Source: Flavobacteriaceae bacterium (GTDB lineage: Bacteria > Bacteroidota > Bacteroidia > Flavobacteriales > Flavobacteriaceae). From it: a DNA stretch of 64,000 nucleotides. Positions 1 to 8,621 of this stretch are shown here, piece by piece. The stretch is taken from contig QXYU01000038.1 in NCBI GenBank assembly GCA_009886755.1, positions 88,000-151,999 of the forward strand, given 5' to 3'. The stretch's first letter is position 1. Each line of letters starts with the position of its first letter. Below the pieces are notes generated by a model, which saw nothing but the letters and a program-made list of their open reading frames with translations, was not told where the DNA came from and did no database searches. The translations under genes were made by a program, and so were the position numbers.

Positions 1-622
1 TGTATTGTTTCATTAAATCTTCAAGTGTGCTGTTCTGCAAAGAGCCTTCAGTGGTGTATTCTCCATAGGGATGCTGGGCACCATAGGACAATAGGTTTTG
101 TACTCGTCTGGCAGCGGTTTTGACATCTTTTTCTGCGGTTTTGAGTCCTTCGATAGCTTTTTCTTTTTCTTTTTCAAACTCTTCGGGCACAAAATTAGGA
201 TGCAGCGTTGCATCGGCAAGCATTTCAAATACTCTAGGGAAATAGCGGGTAAGACTACTGGCATGGGCACCATCGAGATTAAAATGAAAATGGGCACCCA
301 TAAAATCTATTTCTTCTTCAAAGGCGTCTTTTTCAATAGATTTTGAGCCTTTCCCCATCATTTCAGACAATAACTGATTGATTCCAGCTTTATCGCCCTC
401 GGGATACAAGGGATTGTCTATTCGAAGGGAAACAGATACTTGGGGGAGTTTGTGATTTTCTACCACCAAGAGAGTGAGTCCGTTTGAAAATCGGTATTCC
501 TGAGGGCTGCCAAAATTTATTTCTGGTTCAGGACCCGGTTGTGGTTGTTGAGAACGGTCTATTTGTGCGGCAACAGAAGTATAGCAAAACAGAATACCTA
601 GAAGTAGGTAATGTGGTTTCAT
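1..622 (-). CDS. M16-family peptidase-like protein, probable non-catalytic partner (3-prime end runs off the window)
   Basis: Absent from the ORF track because it is open to the window edge. The reverse-strand ATG at 622-620 lies 2 nt after the stop of the upstream M16 gene. Hand translation gives MKPHYLLLGILFCYTSVAAQIDRSQQPQPGPEPEINFGSPQEYRFSNGLTLLVVENHKLPQVSVSLRIDNP..., with a signal peptide and M16 N-domain pattern. It has NQLLSEMM where the HxxEH zinc motif would sit. Confidence 0.75.
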   Translation of the reverse strand, partial: MKPHYLLLGILFCYTSVAAQIDRSQQPQPGPEPEINFGSPQEYRFSNGLTLLVVENHKLPQVSVSLRIDNPLYPEGDKAGINQLLSEMMGKGSKSIEKDAFEEEIDFMGAHFHFNLDGAHASSLTRYFPRVFEMLADATLHPNFVPEEFEKEKEKAIEGLKTAEKDVKTAARRVQNLLSYGAQHPYGEYTTEGSLQNSTLEDLMKQY

Positions 623-624
623 AT

Positions 625-1941
625 TTATTCTTTTTTAGATTCGGGTAGATAATGTAATTCCAAGCGTTGGTTGGGATTTAAATAGGCTCTAGCAACCTCT
701 TGGATTTCATCTCTAGTAATGGATTGGTAGAGATCCAATTCGGTATTAATCAAATTAGTATCTCCATAAAAAGTGTAGTATTCAGCCAAAGAATTGGCTA
801 TTCCAGCAATATTGGAGTTGGAACTAACAAAGTCTGATTCAAATTGATTTTGAAGCTTTTGGTAATCTTTTTCTGAGATCAAATTCTTCTGAATTTTTTC
901 TATTTCATCCTCCATTTCTTCAATCAAAGTCTCCAAGGAGGTTTCCCCTTGTGGCAGTGCTAAAATTACATAGGTTCCATATTCTTCAGTGTCAATATTA
1001 AATGCAGCTACCTGCAAAGCCATTTTCTTTTTGTCAACCAGTTTTTTATACAGCTTTGAACTTTTTCCTTGACTTAAATAAGTAGCAATCATATCAAGAA
1101 TCCGTGCTTCACGAGACTTTTTTTCAGGCGTTCGATACGCCATAAAAAGAGCTGGAATTTGAATGTTTGAATCGTACGCTTCTGCCTGAATGGTTTTTGT
1201 GATTGGTGCTTCTTTTGGGAAAGCCCGTTCGATGGCCGCTCCCCTGGGAATGCTGCCAAAATAATCGGAAATCCATTTTTTGGTTGTAGGAATATCAATG
1301 TCGCCCGCAACCGTGAGAACAGCGTTGTTGGGGACATAATATTTTTTATTAAAGGCTAAAAATTCATCCAAAGTGGCAGCGTCTAGATGCTCCATTTTTC
1401 CGATGGTTGTTTGTTTGTAGGGATGCACTTGGAACAGATGAGATTTCACTTCTTCATTCCATTTCCCGTAGGGGCTATTGTCATAGCGCATTCGCTTTTC
1501 TTCTTTTACCACCTCGTTTTGAGTCTCTACACCCGTTTCGTCAATAATGGGGTGTAGCATCCTTTCGGACTCCATCCAAAGGCCTAATTGTAGATTGTTG
1601 GAGGGGAAATTTTCATAATAATAAGTGAAGTCATCGGTCGTGTAGGCATTGTTTGATCCGCCATTGGCAGAAACAATTTGAAACCATTTGCCGTTCTCGA
1701 TATTTTGAGTTCCCTCAAAAAGAAGATGCTCAAAAAAATGCGCGAATCCGGTCCGTCCTGGGTTTTCATCTTTAGAGCCTACATGATAGAGCACTGAAGT
1801 GGTTACAATAGGAACTGAATTATCCTGGTGTAAAATTACATGAAGTCCGTTGGAAAGGTCATACTCTTGAAAACGTACTTCTTGACTTTGAAGTTGCTGA
1901 CTGATAAGCAGCCAAATTAGGGGTAGAACATAGTTTTTCAT
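625..1941 (-). CDS. M16 (pitrilysin) family zinc peptidase, secreted
   Basis: 438 aa with an N-terminal signal peptide. The inverted zinc motif HxxEH is present as GFAHFFEHLLFEGT. It sits in tandem with an HxxEH-less M16 paralogue downstream, the usual two-gene arrangement. Confidence 0.9.
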   Translation of the reverse strand: MKNYVLPLIWLLISQQLQSQEVRFQEYDLSNGLHVILHQDNSVPIVTTSVLYHVGSKDENPGRTGFAHFFEHLLFEGTQNIENGKWFQIVSANGGSNNAYTTDDFTYYYENFPSNNLQLGLWMESERMLHPIIDETGVETQNEVVKEEKRMRYDNSPYGKWNEEVKSHLFQVHPYKQTTIGKMEHLDAATLDEFLAFNKKYYVPNNAVLTVAGDIDIPTTKKWISDYFGSIPRGAAIERAFPKEAPITKTIQAEAYDSNIQIPALFMAYRTPEKKSREARILDMIATYLSQGKSSKLYKKLVDKKKMALQVAAFNIDTEEYGTYVILALPQGETSLETLIEEMEDEIEKIQKNLISEKDYQKLQNQFESDFVSSNSNIAGIANSLAEYYTFYGDTNLINTELDLYQSITRDEIQEVARAYLNPNQRLELHYLPESKKE

Positions 1942-2043
1942 AGAAAGTAGGTTAAAATAGGGGGCCAGATAAAGTTTACAATAAATAGGAAATTGTATAA
2001 CGTTTTTAGGATCAATTAAGTTTTATACATTTATGAATAAATA

Positions 2044-3468
2044 ATGACTATGAAATATACAACTTTTTTACTCAGTGTTTTGTTTTTAGGAAGTCTAACA
2101 GCCCAAAAACGGTATGACCAACAGTTGCAGCAACTCGATTCTAAAAGCAATCAATACGGGACGATTGCACAAACAATTTGGTCCTATGCAGAGCTGGGTT
2201 ATCAAGAAGAACAGAGCAGTGCACTCTTACAAGAAACCCTCGCAAAAGAAGGGTTTACAATCGAAAAAGGAGTGGCTGGAATTCCTACAGCCTTTATCGC
2301 CACCTATGGATCAGGAGGGCCTACTATTGCTATCTTGGCAGAATATGACGCGCTTCCTGGCTTGTCTCAAAAAGCACTTCCTTACAAGGTCTCTAACGGG
2401 GGGCGTGGGGGTCATGCTTGCGGGCATCATTTGTTTGGAACAGCTTCAACTGCGGCTGCGATTACTGTAAAAAACTATCTAGAGAAAACCGGAAAGAAAG
2501 GCACTATTAAATTATTTGGATGCCCTGCTGAAGAAGGGGGTTCAGGAAAAGTTTATATGACGCGAGCGGGCTTGTTTGATGATGTAGATATTGCATTGCA
2601 CTGGCACGCGGGCGATGAAAATTCGGCAGGGGTTAGTCCAGCTCTGGCAAATAAATCTGCCAAATTTCGCTTCTATGGGGTTGCAGCCCATGCTGCTGGG
2701 GCACCCGAAATGGGGCGTTCGGCATTGGATGGTGTAGAGGCCATGAATGCGATGGTCAATATGATGCGAGAACACGTAACTGACGACACACGGATTCATT
2801 ATGTGATCACTCGAGGTGGTGAAGCGCCCAATGTAGTCCCTGACTTTGCAGAAGTTTATTATTATTCGCGACACAAAACCCGGGATGAGGTGATCCGAGT
2901 TTTTGACCGTATCGTGAATGCTGCTAAGGGTGCGGCCCTGGGAACCGGCACCACAATGGACTATGAGATGATCGGAGGCACCCATGAATTATTATTTGTT
3001 CCTAGACTTCAAAAGCGAATGCAGCAAAACCTCGAAAAAATAGGAGGCTTTTTCTATACCGAAGAGGAACGAGTTTTTGCAGAAAAAATCGCTAAAAGTT
3101 TGAACCGCGAACTTTCAACCAAATATGTAGAAGGTGTGAGACCTTACGAAATAAGCGATCGATCTGGAGGTTCTACGGATGTTGGCGATGTCAGTTTTGC
3201 CGTCCCTACGGCAGGCTTGAGGGCTGCCACTTGGGTGCCAGGAACTCCAGCACACAGCTGGCAAGCAGTAGCAGCAGGAGGTACTTCTATCGGTGAAAAA
3301 GGAATGATGGTAGCGGCAAAAACACTGGCCTTAACGGGAATGCAATTATTTGACGATGCCGCTTTCCGAGCAGACGTACAAAAAGAGTTTTTAGAAGTCC
3401 GAGGAGACGATTTTAAATACATACCCCTTCTTAGCGATCGTGAACCCGCCTTGAATTATAGAAATTAA
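2044..3468 (+). CDS. M20-family amidohydrolase (AbgB / aminoacylase-like), secreted
   Basis: 474 aa with signal peptide FLLSVLFLGSLTAQ. M20D-type motifs ILAEYDALPG, GHACGHHLFG and CPAEEGGSGK are present. Confidence 0.85.
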   Translation: MTMKYTTFLLSVLFLGSLTAQKRYDQQLQQLDSKSNQYGTIAQTIWSYAELGYQEEQSSALLQETLAKEGFTIEKGVAGIPTAFIATYGSGGPTIAILAEYDALPGLSQKALPYKVSNGGRGGHACGHHLFGTASTAAAITVKNYLEKTGKKGTIKLFGCPAEEGGSGKVYMTRAGLFDDVDIALHWHAGDENSAGVSPALANKSAKFRFYGVAAHAAGAPEMGRSALDGVEAMNAMVNMMREHVTDDTRIHYVITRGGEAPNVVPDFAEVYYYSRHKTRDEVIRVFDRIVNAAKGAALGTGTTMDYEMIGGTHELLFVPRLQKRMQQNLEKIGGFFYTEEERVFAEKIAKSLNRELSTKYVEGVRPYEISDRSGGSTDVGDVSFAVPTAGLRAATWVPGTPAHSWQAVAAGGTSIGEKGMMVAAKTLALTGMQLFDDAAFRADVQKEFLEVRGDDFKYIPLLSDREPALNYRN

Positions 3469-3479
3469 AATACAATCGA

Positions 3480-4136
3480 GTGAAAAATCAACTTTTTCTT
3501 TTGAGCGTCTTAGTATGCTGGTTTAGCCAAGCTCAGGTATTTGAATTTCAAACGTCAGACAAAGGACAATCATTGACACATCGGATTTTTATGGATGAGG
3601 AATACATTATTGAAACAATATACCAGGAAAATCCAGCACTTTTTGTCCTGACACGAGGAGGGTTTTATCAAAAGGATGGAAGCCAAATTTCTGCCAAATT
3701 AGAATTCAACTCACAGTATACAAAGGACAGCTTGAAAACGTTTCGGTGGGATCGTACCGCTTGGAAAGCCAAGCAGACAAAAGATCAGATTCTGGATGGA
3801 AAATGGTTGATGGCTGGGCGCGTTAAACCCGAAGGAGAACAAAGACGTGACATCACAAGAAGCCGTAAAACAATGAAGTTTTTACGTGACGGATGTTTTC
3901 AATGGACGGCATTTAATACCGAAACCTTTCAGTTTTTTGGCTCGGGGGGCGGTATATACACTGCCGATAAAGGAAATTATGTGGAGCAAATTGGGTATTT
4001 CTCGAGAGACAACAGTCGCGTGGGCGCTCGTTTATCTTTTGAATACGACCGTAAGGCAAACGATTGGTATCACAAAGGGTTTAGTAGCAAAGGCAAACCC
4101 CTTCATGAAATCTGGACGGAGCGTCCTAAAGAATAA
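3480..4136 (+). CDS. hypothetical secreted protein
   Basis: 218 aa ORF from a GTG start, with signal peptide LLSVLVCWFSQAQ. It lies 11 nt after the upstream stop and 2 nt before the next start, so it is probably operonic. I recognise no family. Confidence 0.6.
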   Translation: MKNQLFLLSVLVCWFSQAQVFEFQTSDKGQSLTHRIFMDEEYIIETIYQENPALFVLTRGGFYQKDGSQISAKLEFNSQYTKDSLKTFRWDRTAWKAKQTKDQILDGKWLMAGRVKPEGEQRRDITRSRKTMKFLRDGCFQWTAFNTETFQFFGSGGGIYTADKGNYVEQIGYFSRDNSRVGARLSFEYDRKANDWYHKGFSSKGKPLHEIWTERPKE

Positions 4137-4138
4137 GT

Positions 4139-5068
4139 TTGGTCACCACACAGATTACAAGGGCTTTTCCTTGGTTGGTTAGTTTTTCAGGAGCGATAGC
4201 ATTGTATTATCCACCTAGCTTCACTTGGTTTTCAGGGCCACTAATCACTTATGGTCTTGGGGGGATCATGTTGGGAATGGGAATCACGCTTCAGTGGAAA
4301 GATTTTAAAGAAGTAGGGCGTACTCCAAGATGGGTTCTTCTCGGAATTGCACTTCAGTATACAGTTATGCCTTTTTTGGGTTGGGTGTTAGGGGTGTTGT
4401 TTGAGCTGCCTACCTTTTTTGCCGTAGGACTTATTCTAGTGTCCTGCTGTCCGGGCGGCACAGCTTCTAATGTAATCGCCTATCTAGCGAAAGCCAACGT
4501 GGCATTATCTGTTGCCATGACTGCTATTTCAACCTTTACAGCCATTGTGTTTACACCCCTTTTGACTTCCAAGCTTTCGGGAACGTATGTAGAAGTAGCA
4601 GCTAGTGGATTGTTTTTTAGCACTCTCAAAGTAGTATTGCTGCCTATCACTGTGGGAATCTTGATCAATCGATATTTTCCGTCCACTACTCAGAGGTGTA
4701 TTCCCTTTGCGCCACCAGTGGCAGTGGTATTGATTACACTAATCGTTGCCAGTATCATTGGTCAAGGCAGTGAAATTATTTTATCCGCAGGCTTACATTT
4801 ACTTTGTGCCCTTTTGATTTTACACTTAATGGGGTTTATATTAGGCTATTTATTAAGCCACTGGCTGCTAAAAAATAAAGAAGTTAGTAAAACCATTGCT
4901 ATTGAGGTCGGCATGCAAAATTCGGGTTTAGGCGTTGTTTTGGCACAAGAAAATTTTGCCAATCCCATGACTGCGATCCCTGCCGCCATTTCAAGCTTGG
5001 TTCACTCTATCTATGGGAGTATCTTTACAGTACTCTTTTCAAAACCTACTAAAAAGGAAACGCTATGA
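4139..5068 (+). CDS. bile acid:sodium symporter (BASS/SBF) family transporter
   Basis: 309 aa polytopic membrane protein with BASS-like segments GGIMLGMGITLQWKDF, LQYTVMPFLGW, SCCPGGTASN and EVGMQNSGLG. TTG start. Its stop overlaps the thiolase ATG (ATGA at 5065-5068). Confidence 0.85.
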   Translation: MVTTQITRAFPWLVSFSGAIALYYPPSFTWFSGPLITYGLGGIMLGMGITLQWKDFKEVGRTPRWVLLGIALQYTVMPFLGWVLGVLFELPTFFAVGLILVSCCPGGTASNVIAYLAKANVALSVAMTAISTFTAIVFTPLLTSKLSGTYVEVAASGLFFSTLKVVLLPITVGILINRYFPSTTQRCIPFAPPVAVVLITLIVASIIGQGSEIILSAGLHLLCALLILHLMGFILGYLLSHWLLKNKEVSKTIAIEVGMQNSGLGVVLAQENFANPMTAIPAAISSLVHSIYGSIFTVLFSKPTKKETL

Positions 5069-6234
5069 AAAAAGTTGTTATTGTTTCCGCGAAAAGAACC
5101 CCCATCGGGAGTTTCCTAGGAGCTTTGTCTTCCGTAAGTGCGGTAGATTTAGGAGCGACGGCGATTGCTGCGGCATTGGAGGCGGCTTCCATTCAAGGTA
5201 GTGCCGTAGACGAAGTGTTTATGGGACAGGTGTTGCAAACAGGTTGCGGGCAAGCCCCAGCACGACAAGCTGCACTGAAGGCAGGCATACCACATTCAGT
5301 TACCTGTACTACCGTAAACAAAGTCTGTGCCTCTGGGATGAAAAGTATCCAATTGGCTGCCCAAAGCATTGCTTTAGGACAAATTGAAGTGGCCGTTGCT
5401 GGCGGTATGGAGAATATGAGTTTAAGCCCCCACTTTTCTAATTTACGAACCAGTTTAAAATTCGGAAGCCTTCCTATGCAAGACAGTTTGCAATTAGATG
5501 GTCTCACAGATGCCTACGACCAAGTGGCGATGGGTGTTTTTGCCGACGCAACCGCCCAAAAGCACGATATCAGTAGAGAGGAACAAGATGCCTTTGCGAT
5601 ACGTTCTTACGAACGGAGTGCTGCGGCATGGGAAGCAGGAGCCTTTGATGATGAGGTTGTGCCGGTTAGTGTTCCACAGCGAAGAGGAGAGGCTATTTTA
5701 GTGGATAAAGATGAAGAATACCGTCAGGTAAAACTTGATAAGATCCCTCAACTTCGAGCGGCATTCAGTAAAGACGGCACTGTAACTGCGGCCAATGCTT
5801 CCGCCCTAAATGATGGCGGGGCAGCTTTGGTTTTGATGTCAGAAACCAGAGCGCAAGCTTTGGGAATCACCCCTTTGGCTACCCTTCTCAGTCATGCCGA
5901 TGCGGCTCAAGAACCCAAATGGTTTACTACAGCTCCCGCCAAGGCACTCCCTAAAGCATTGGCATTAGCGGATCTCACCTTGGACGCTATTGATTGGCTT
6001 GAACTCAATGAGGCGTTTTCAGTGGTTGGCTTGGCCAACATCAAATTGTTAGGTCTTGATCCAGAAAAAGTTAACCCCAACGGAGGTGCCGTTTCTTTGG
6101 GGCATCCATTGGGTTGTTCCGGGGCACGGATTGTGGTAACCCTTTTGCATCAATTACAGCGAAGTGGCACCTATGCTGCCGCTGGAATATGTAATGGGGG
6201 TGGCGGTGCTTCGGCCCTTATCTTAAAAAAATAA
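5065..6234 (+). CDS. acetyl-CoA C-acetyltransferase (thiolase II)
   Basis: 389 aa with acyl-cysteine region VNKVCASGMKS and C-terminal catalytic regions GHPLGCSGARI and CNGGGGASALIL. Confidence 0.95.
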   Translation: MKKVVIVSAKRTPIGSFLGALSSVSAVDLGATAIAAALEAASIQGSAVDEVFMGQVLQTGCGQAPARQAALKAGIPHSVTCTTVNKVCASGMKSIQLAAQSIALGQIEVAVAGGMENMSLSPHFSNLRTSLKFGSLPMQDSLQLDGLTDAYDQVAMGVFADATAQKHDISREEQDAFAIRSYERSAAAWEAGAFDDEVVPVSVPQRRGEAILVDKDEEYRQVKLDKIPQLRAAFSKDGTVTAANASALNDGGAALVLMSETRAQALGITPLATLLSHADAAQEPKWFTTAPAKALPKALALADLTLDAIDWLELNEAFSVVGLANIKLLGLDPEKVNPNGGAVSLGHPLGCSGARIVVTLLHQLQRSGTYAAAGICNGGGGASALILKK

Positions 6235-6265
6235 TTACGTATTTTTATAGCTCAATTGAACGCAT

Positions 6266-6634
6266 ATGTTGGAAAATAGTCAATGGCGGCCGTTGCCTCC
6301 TTTTTTGACGATTGGAGAAAGTAAGATTGAAGGTTTGGGATTGCTCGCAACAGCACTCGTTCCAGAAGGTACTGATTTGGGAATGAGTCATGTTTTTGAC
6401 AAACGTTTTGAAAACGGTTATATCCGACTTCCTATGGGAGGCTTTATCAATCATCACGATATGCCGAATTGCAAAGCAGTCATTGTTCATGAAGATGCTC
6501 AGGTGGGAGCGGTTAAACACATTCGTTTGGTGACAACCAAAGCCATTCAGGCCGGTGAAGAACTAACGTTAAAATACATCATCAATCAATTAGACAACCC
6601 CAATTGGGAATTTGAATTTGAGGTATCCCAATAA
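6266..6634 (+). CDS. minimal SET-domain protein (putative lysine methyltransferase)
   Basis: 122 aa. SET-like motifs are IEGLGLLA (GxG), GFINHHDMPNC (resembles NHSCxPN) and GEELTLKY (ELxxxY with the terminal Tyr). Confidence 0.7.
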   Translation: MLENSQWRPLPPFLTIGESKIEGLGLLATALVPEGTDLGMSHVFDKRFENGYIRLPMGGFINHHDMPNCKAVIVHEDAQVGAVKHIRLVTTKAIQAGEELTLKYIINQLDNPNWEFEFEVSQ

Positions 6635-6773
6635 AAAACCCGTCTAAAAGGATAAAACTTCAAACTCCTTTCAAACGGGTATCAAACAAAATGACAAAAG
6701 CCTATTTCACTTATAAAAGTATTCGCTAGAACGTTAAAATCAACTTAAGGACAGGTTAAAATCAAGTTAAAGA

Positions 6774-7187
6774 ATGCGGCAATATTTCTCCAAAAAGATT
6801 TTGTATTTCACGATCATGGATCGAATAGTATTATTGCGAATCGGATCGAATAAAGCCCATTTGGGTTTGACATTTATTTTGGGATTACTCCTCTGTAGTG
6901 TGCAAGCTCAGGTAGTTCAGTCGGTTGGGGTCTTGAAAAACAACACAATCCCTGTTTTTATTGTAGACTTTCCAGAGGAAGCCGATTTATTTGTTTGTAC
7001 CGTTGACTCAAAGAAACTAGCTCAAGGCAATCAAGGACTATGGTACTTTCAGGATTCACAAACCTATGCAGACAAGAAAATCTTTTTTGTAGATCAACAG
7101 GAGTTGTCAAAGCTGCAAATCTATTTTATTGATGAACCGTCCCAGGCGGGATGGCAAAACAAAGCGAAGAAAAAGCTCTTGGAATGA
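6774..7187 (+). CDS. hypothetical secreted protein (DUF6150-like repeat, unverified)
   Basis: 137 aa ORF; an alternative ATG at 6816 gives MDRIVLL... It has a hydrophobic signal-like segment LGLLLCSVQAQ. Repeated D-x4-AD/hydrophobic units (VDFPEEADLFV, QDSQTYADKKIFFV, IYFIDEPSQAGWQNK) recall a Bacteroidota repeat family from memory only. Confidence 0.5.
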   Translation: MRQYFSKKILYFTIMDRIVLLRIGSNKAHLGLTFILGLLLCSVQAQVVQSVGVLKNNTIPVFIVDFPEEADLFVCTVDSKKLAQGNQGLWYFQDSQTYADKKIFFVDQQELSKLQIYFIDEPSQAGWQNKAKKKLLE

Positions 7188-7216
7188 ACTTTCCCGTAAT
7201 TTTCATCAACAAATAA

Positions 7217-8038
7217 TTATTTCCATTCAATGCGGATTAACTCTGGTTGACCGTAAGTTTTCACTTCCTCAGAAGTAACCCAAAAATGCTGTGCATCAAT
7301 TACTTTAACTGCTTCTATCTGAGCTTTGCGACGGGGAATTTCCATTTTTTCCAGAGCTTCAAAATTGAGGGTATTGGGATCAAAATCTTTGACACGATAT
7401 AAGTACTGTTTTTCGTCAAAACCGTAGCCAACCAATGCCAATACTTTAGAAGTAGCATTATAATCGGCTCCAGTGATAAGGCTATTCACAGGGACTGATT
7501 TTTTGGGATACAAGACGTAATCGCCAATCTCTTTTGAAATCTGATAGACTTCGGTGTTTTTGGTATTTCGATTCTTTGAAAACAATAAAAGCCAATCCCC
7601 CGCAGCAGTTAAACCTTCGGCATCAAAAGCATTCATACCCCTTTTCTCGAAATTTTCTTGAAGCCCGTACCGAAACCGAATTTTCCCAAGGCTTTCAAAG
7701 GCCTTGCCGTTCCACTTGGTTTTATAGATTTTTAGCCCTTTACGGGATGCTTTGTTATTTCCATGATCGCCAATGTATACATGGCTGTCATCTTGGGTGA
7801 TGTCTTCCCAGTCCTTGTTTTTTGCATTGAGAACTTCATAGATTGCTATGACTTCTCCCTCTTGATTAAAGCTATAGAGGGCAGCTTCACCGCCGGAGTC
7901 GTTATGGGTTATGAACTGACCATTAAAATACTCCAAGCCAGAGGTTTCGTTAATGGTTTTGGAAAGTGGGATGATTTCTATGATTTTTTGAGCCTGGACG
8001 GTCATGCTCAAAAAGCAAAGTGAGTATAAGATTCGCAT
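7217..8038 (-). CDS. hypothetical secreted protein, beta-propeller-like
   Basis: 273 aa with signal peptide LCFLSMTVQAQ. Motifs ETSGLEY, HNDSGG, DWEDI, IGDHGNN and FDAEGL recall SdiA-regulated/YjiK- or phytase-like propellers. The family is not confirmed. Confidence 0.6.
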   Translation of the reverse strand: MRILYSLCFLSMTVQAQKIIEIIPLSKTINETSGLEYFNGQFITHNDSGGEAALYSFNQEGEVIAIYEVLNAKNKDWEDITQDDSHVYIGDHGNNKASRKGLKIYKTKWNGKAFESLGKIRFRYGLQENFEKRGMNAFDAEGLTAAGDWLLLFSKNRNTKNTEVYQISKEIGDYVLYPKKSVPVNSLITGADYNATSKVLALVGYGFDEKQYLYRVKDFDPNTLNFEALEKMEIPRRKAQIEAVKVIDAQHFWVTSEEVKTYGQPELIRIEWK

Positions 8039-8129
8039 AAATATAATTTACCACAAAATAAAAAGAAACTGTAGGATGAGAAAAGAAATTCTAACGGTTG
8101 CTTCGAATTTAGTATTTTCCCCTATCCAA

Positions 8130-8621
8130 ATGAAGAAAATAAAAGCCAAGATAATTGTTGTGATGGGTGTTAGTGGTAGTGGTAAAACCACTCTGGGTAA
8201 TGTCCTATCCGAGCAATTGCATTTTCCTTTTATTGAGGGTGATGATTACCATCCCACGGCCAATATTCAAAAAATGACCCAAGGGATTGCCTTGAATGAT
8301 GAGGATCGAAAGCCTTGGTTAGAAGCCTTAAATAAGGTTCTGAAGCAGCAGTCTTCAGGGGTTGTTTTGGCTTGTTCGGCATTAAAAAAAAGCTATCGAA
8401 AACAGTTGTCCCATGGCCTTTTTCCAAAACCCAGATATGTATTCATTGATTGTGACAAAGCCGCCTTGGAAAAACGGATGCAAGCCCGGGAACATTTTAT
8501 GCCAACAAGTCTATTACAAAGCCAACTGGACACCTTAGAAAAGCCCTCAGATGCACTTGTTGTCAATGGTAAAAAGCCCCTTGAGGAACAACTCACCTAC
8601 ATTATCAATGATTTAATATGA
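8130..8621 (+). CDS. gntK: gluconokinase
   Basis: The track ORF starts at 8004, but that start overlaps the divergent gene 7217-8038. The internal ATG at 8130 gives MKKIKAKIIVVMGVSGSGKTTLG (P-loop), followed by FIEGDDYHPTANIQKM, DEDRKPWL and ACSALKKSYR. This is collinear with E. coli GntK as I recall it. Its stop overlaps the gnd ATG. Confidence 0.88.
   Translation: MKKIKAKIIVVMGVSGSGKTTLGNVLSEQLHFPFIEGDDYHPTANIQKMTQGIALNDEDRKPWLEALNKVLKQQSSGVVLACSALKKSYRKQLSHGLFPKPRYVFIDCDKAALEKRMQAREHFMPTSLLQSQLDTLEKPSDALVVNGKKPLEEQLTYIINDLI

Noticed and set aside
8004-8129. The upstream start of the gluconokinase ORF at 8004.
   Set aside because: It would overlap the 5-prime end of the divergent gene 7217-8038 and add 42 non-homologous residues before the P-loop. 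The internal ATG at 8130 matches the N-terminus of GntK-type kinases.
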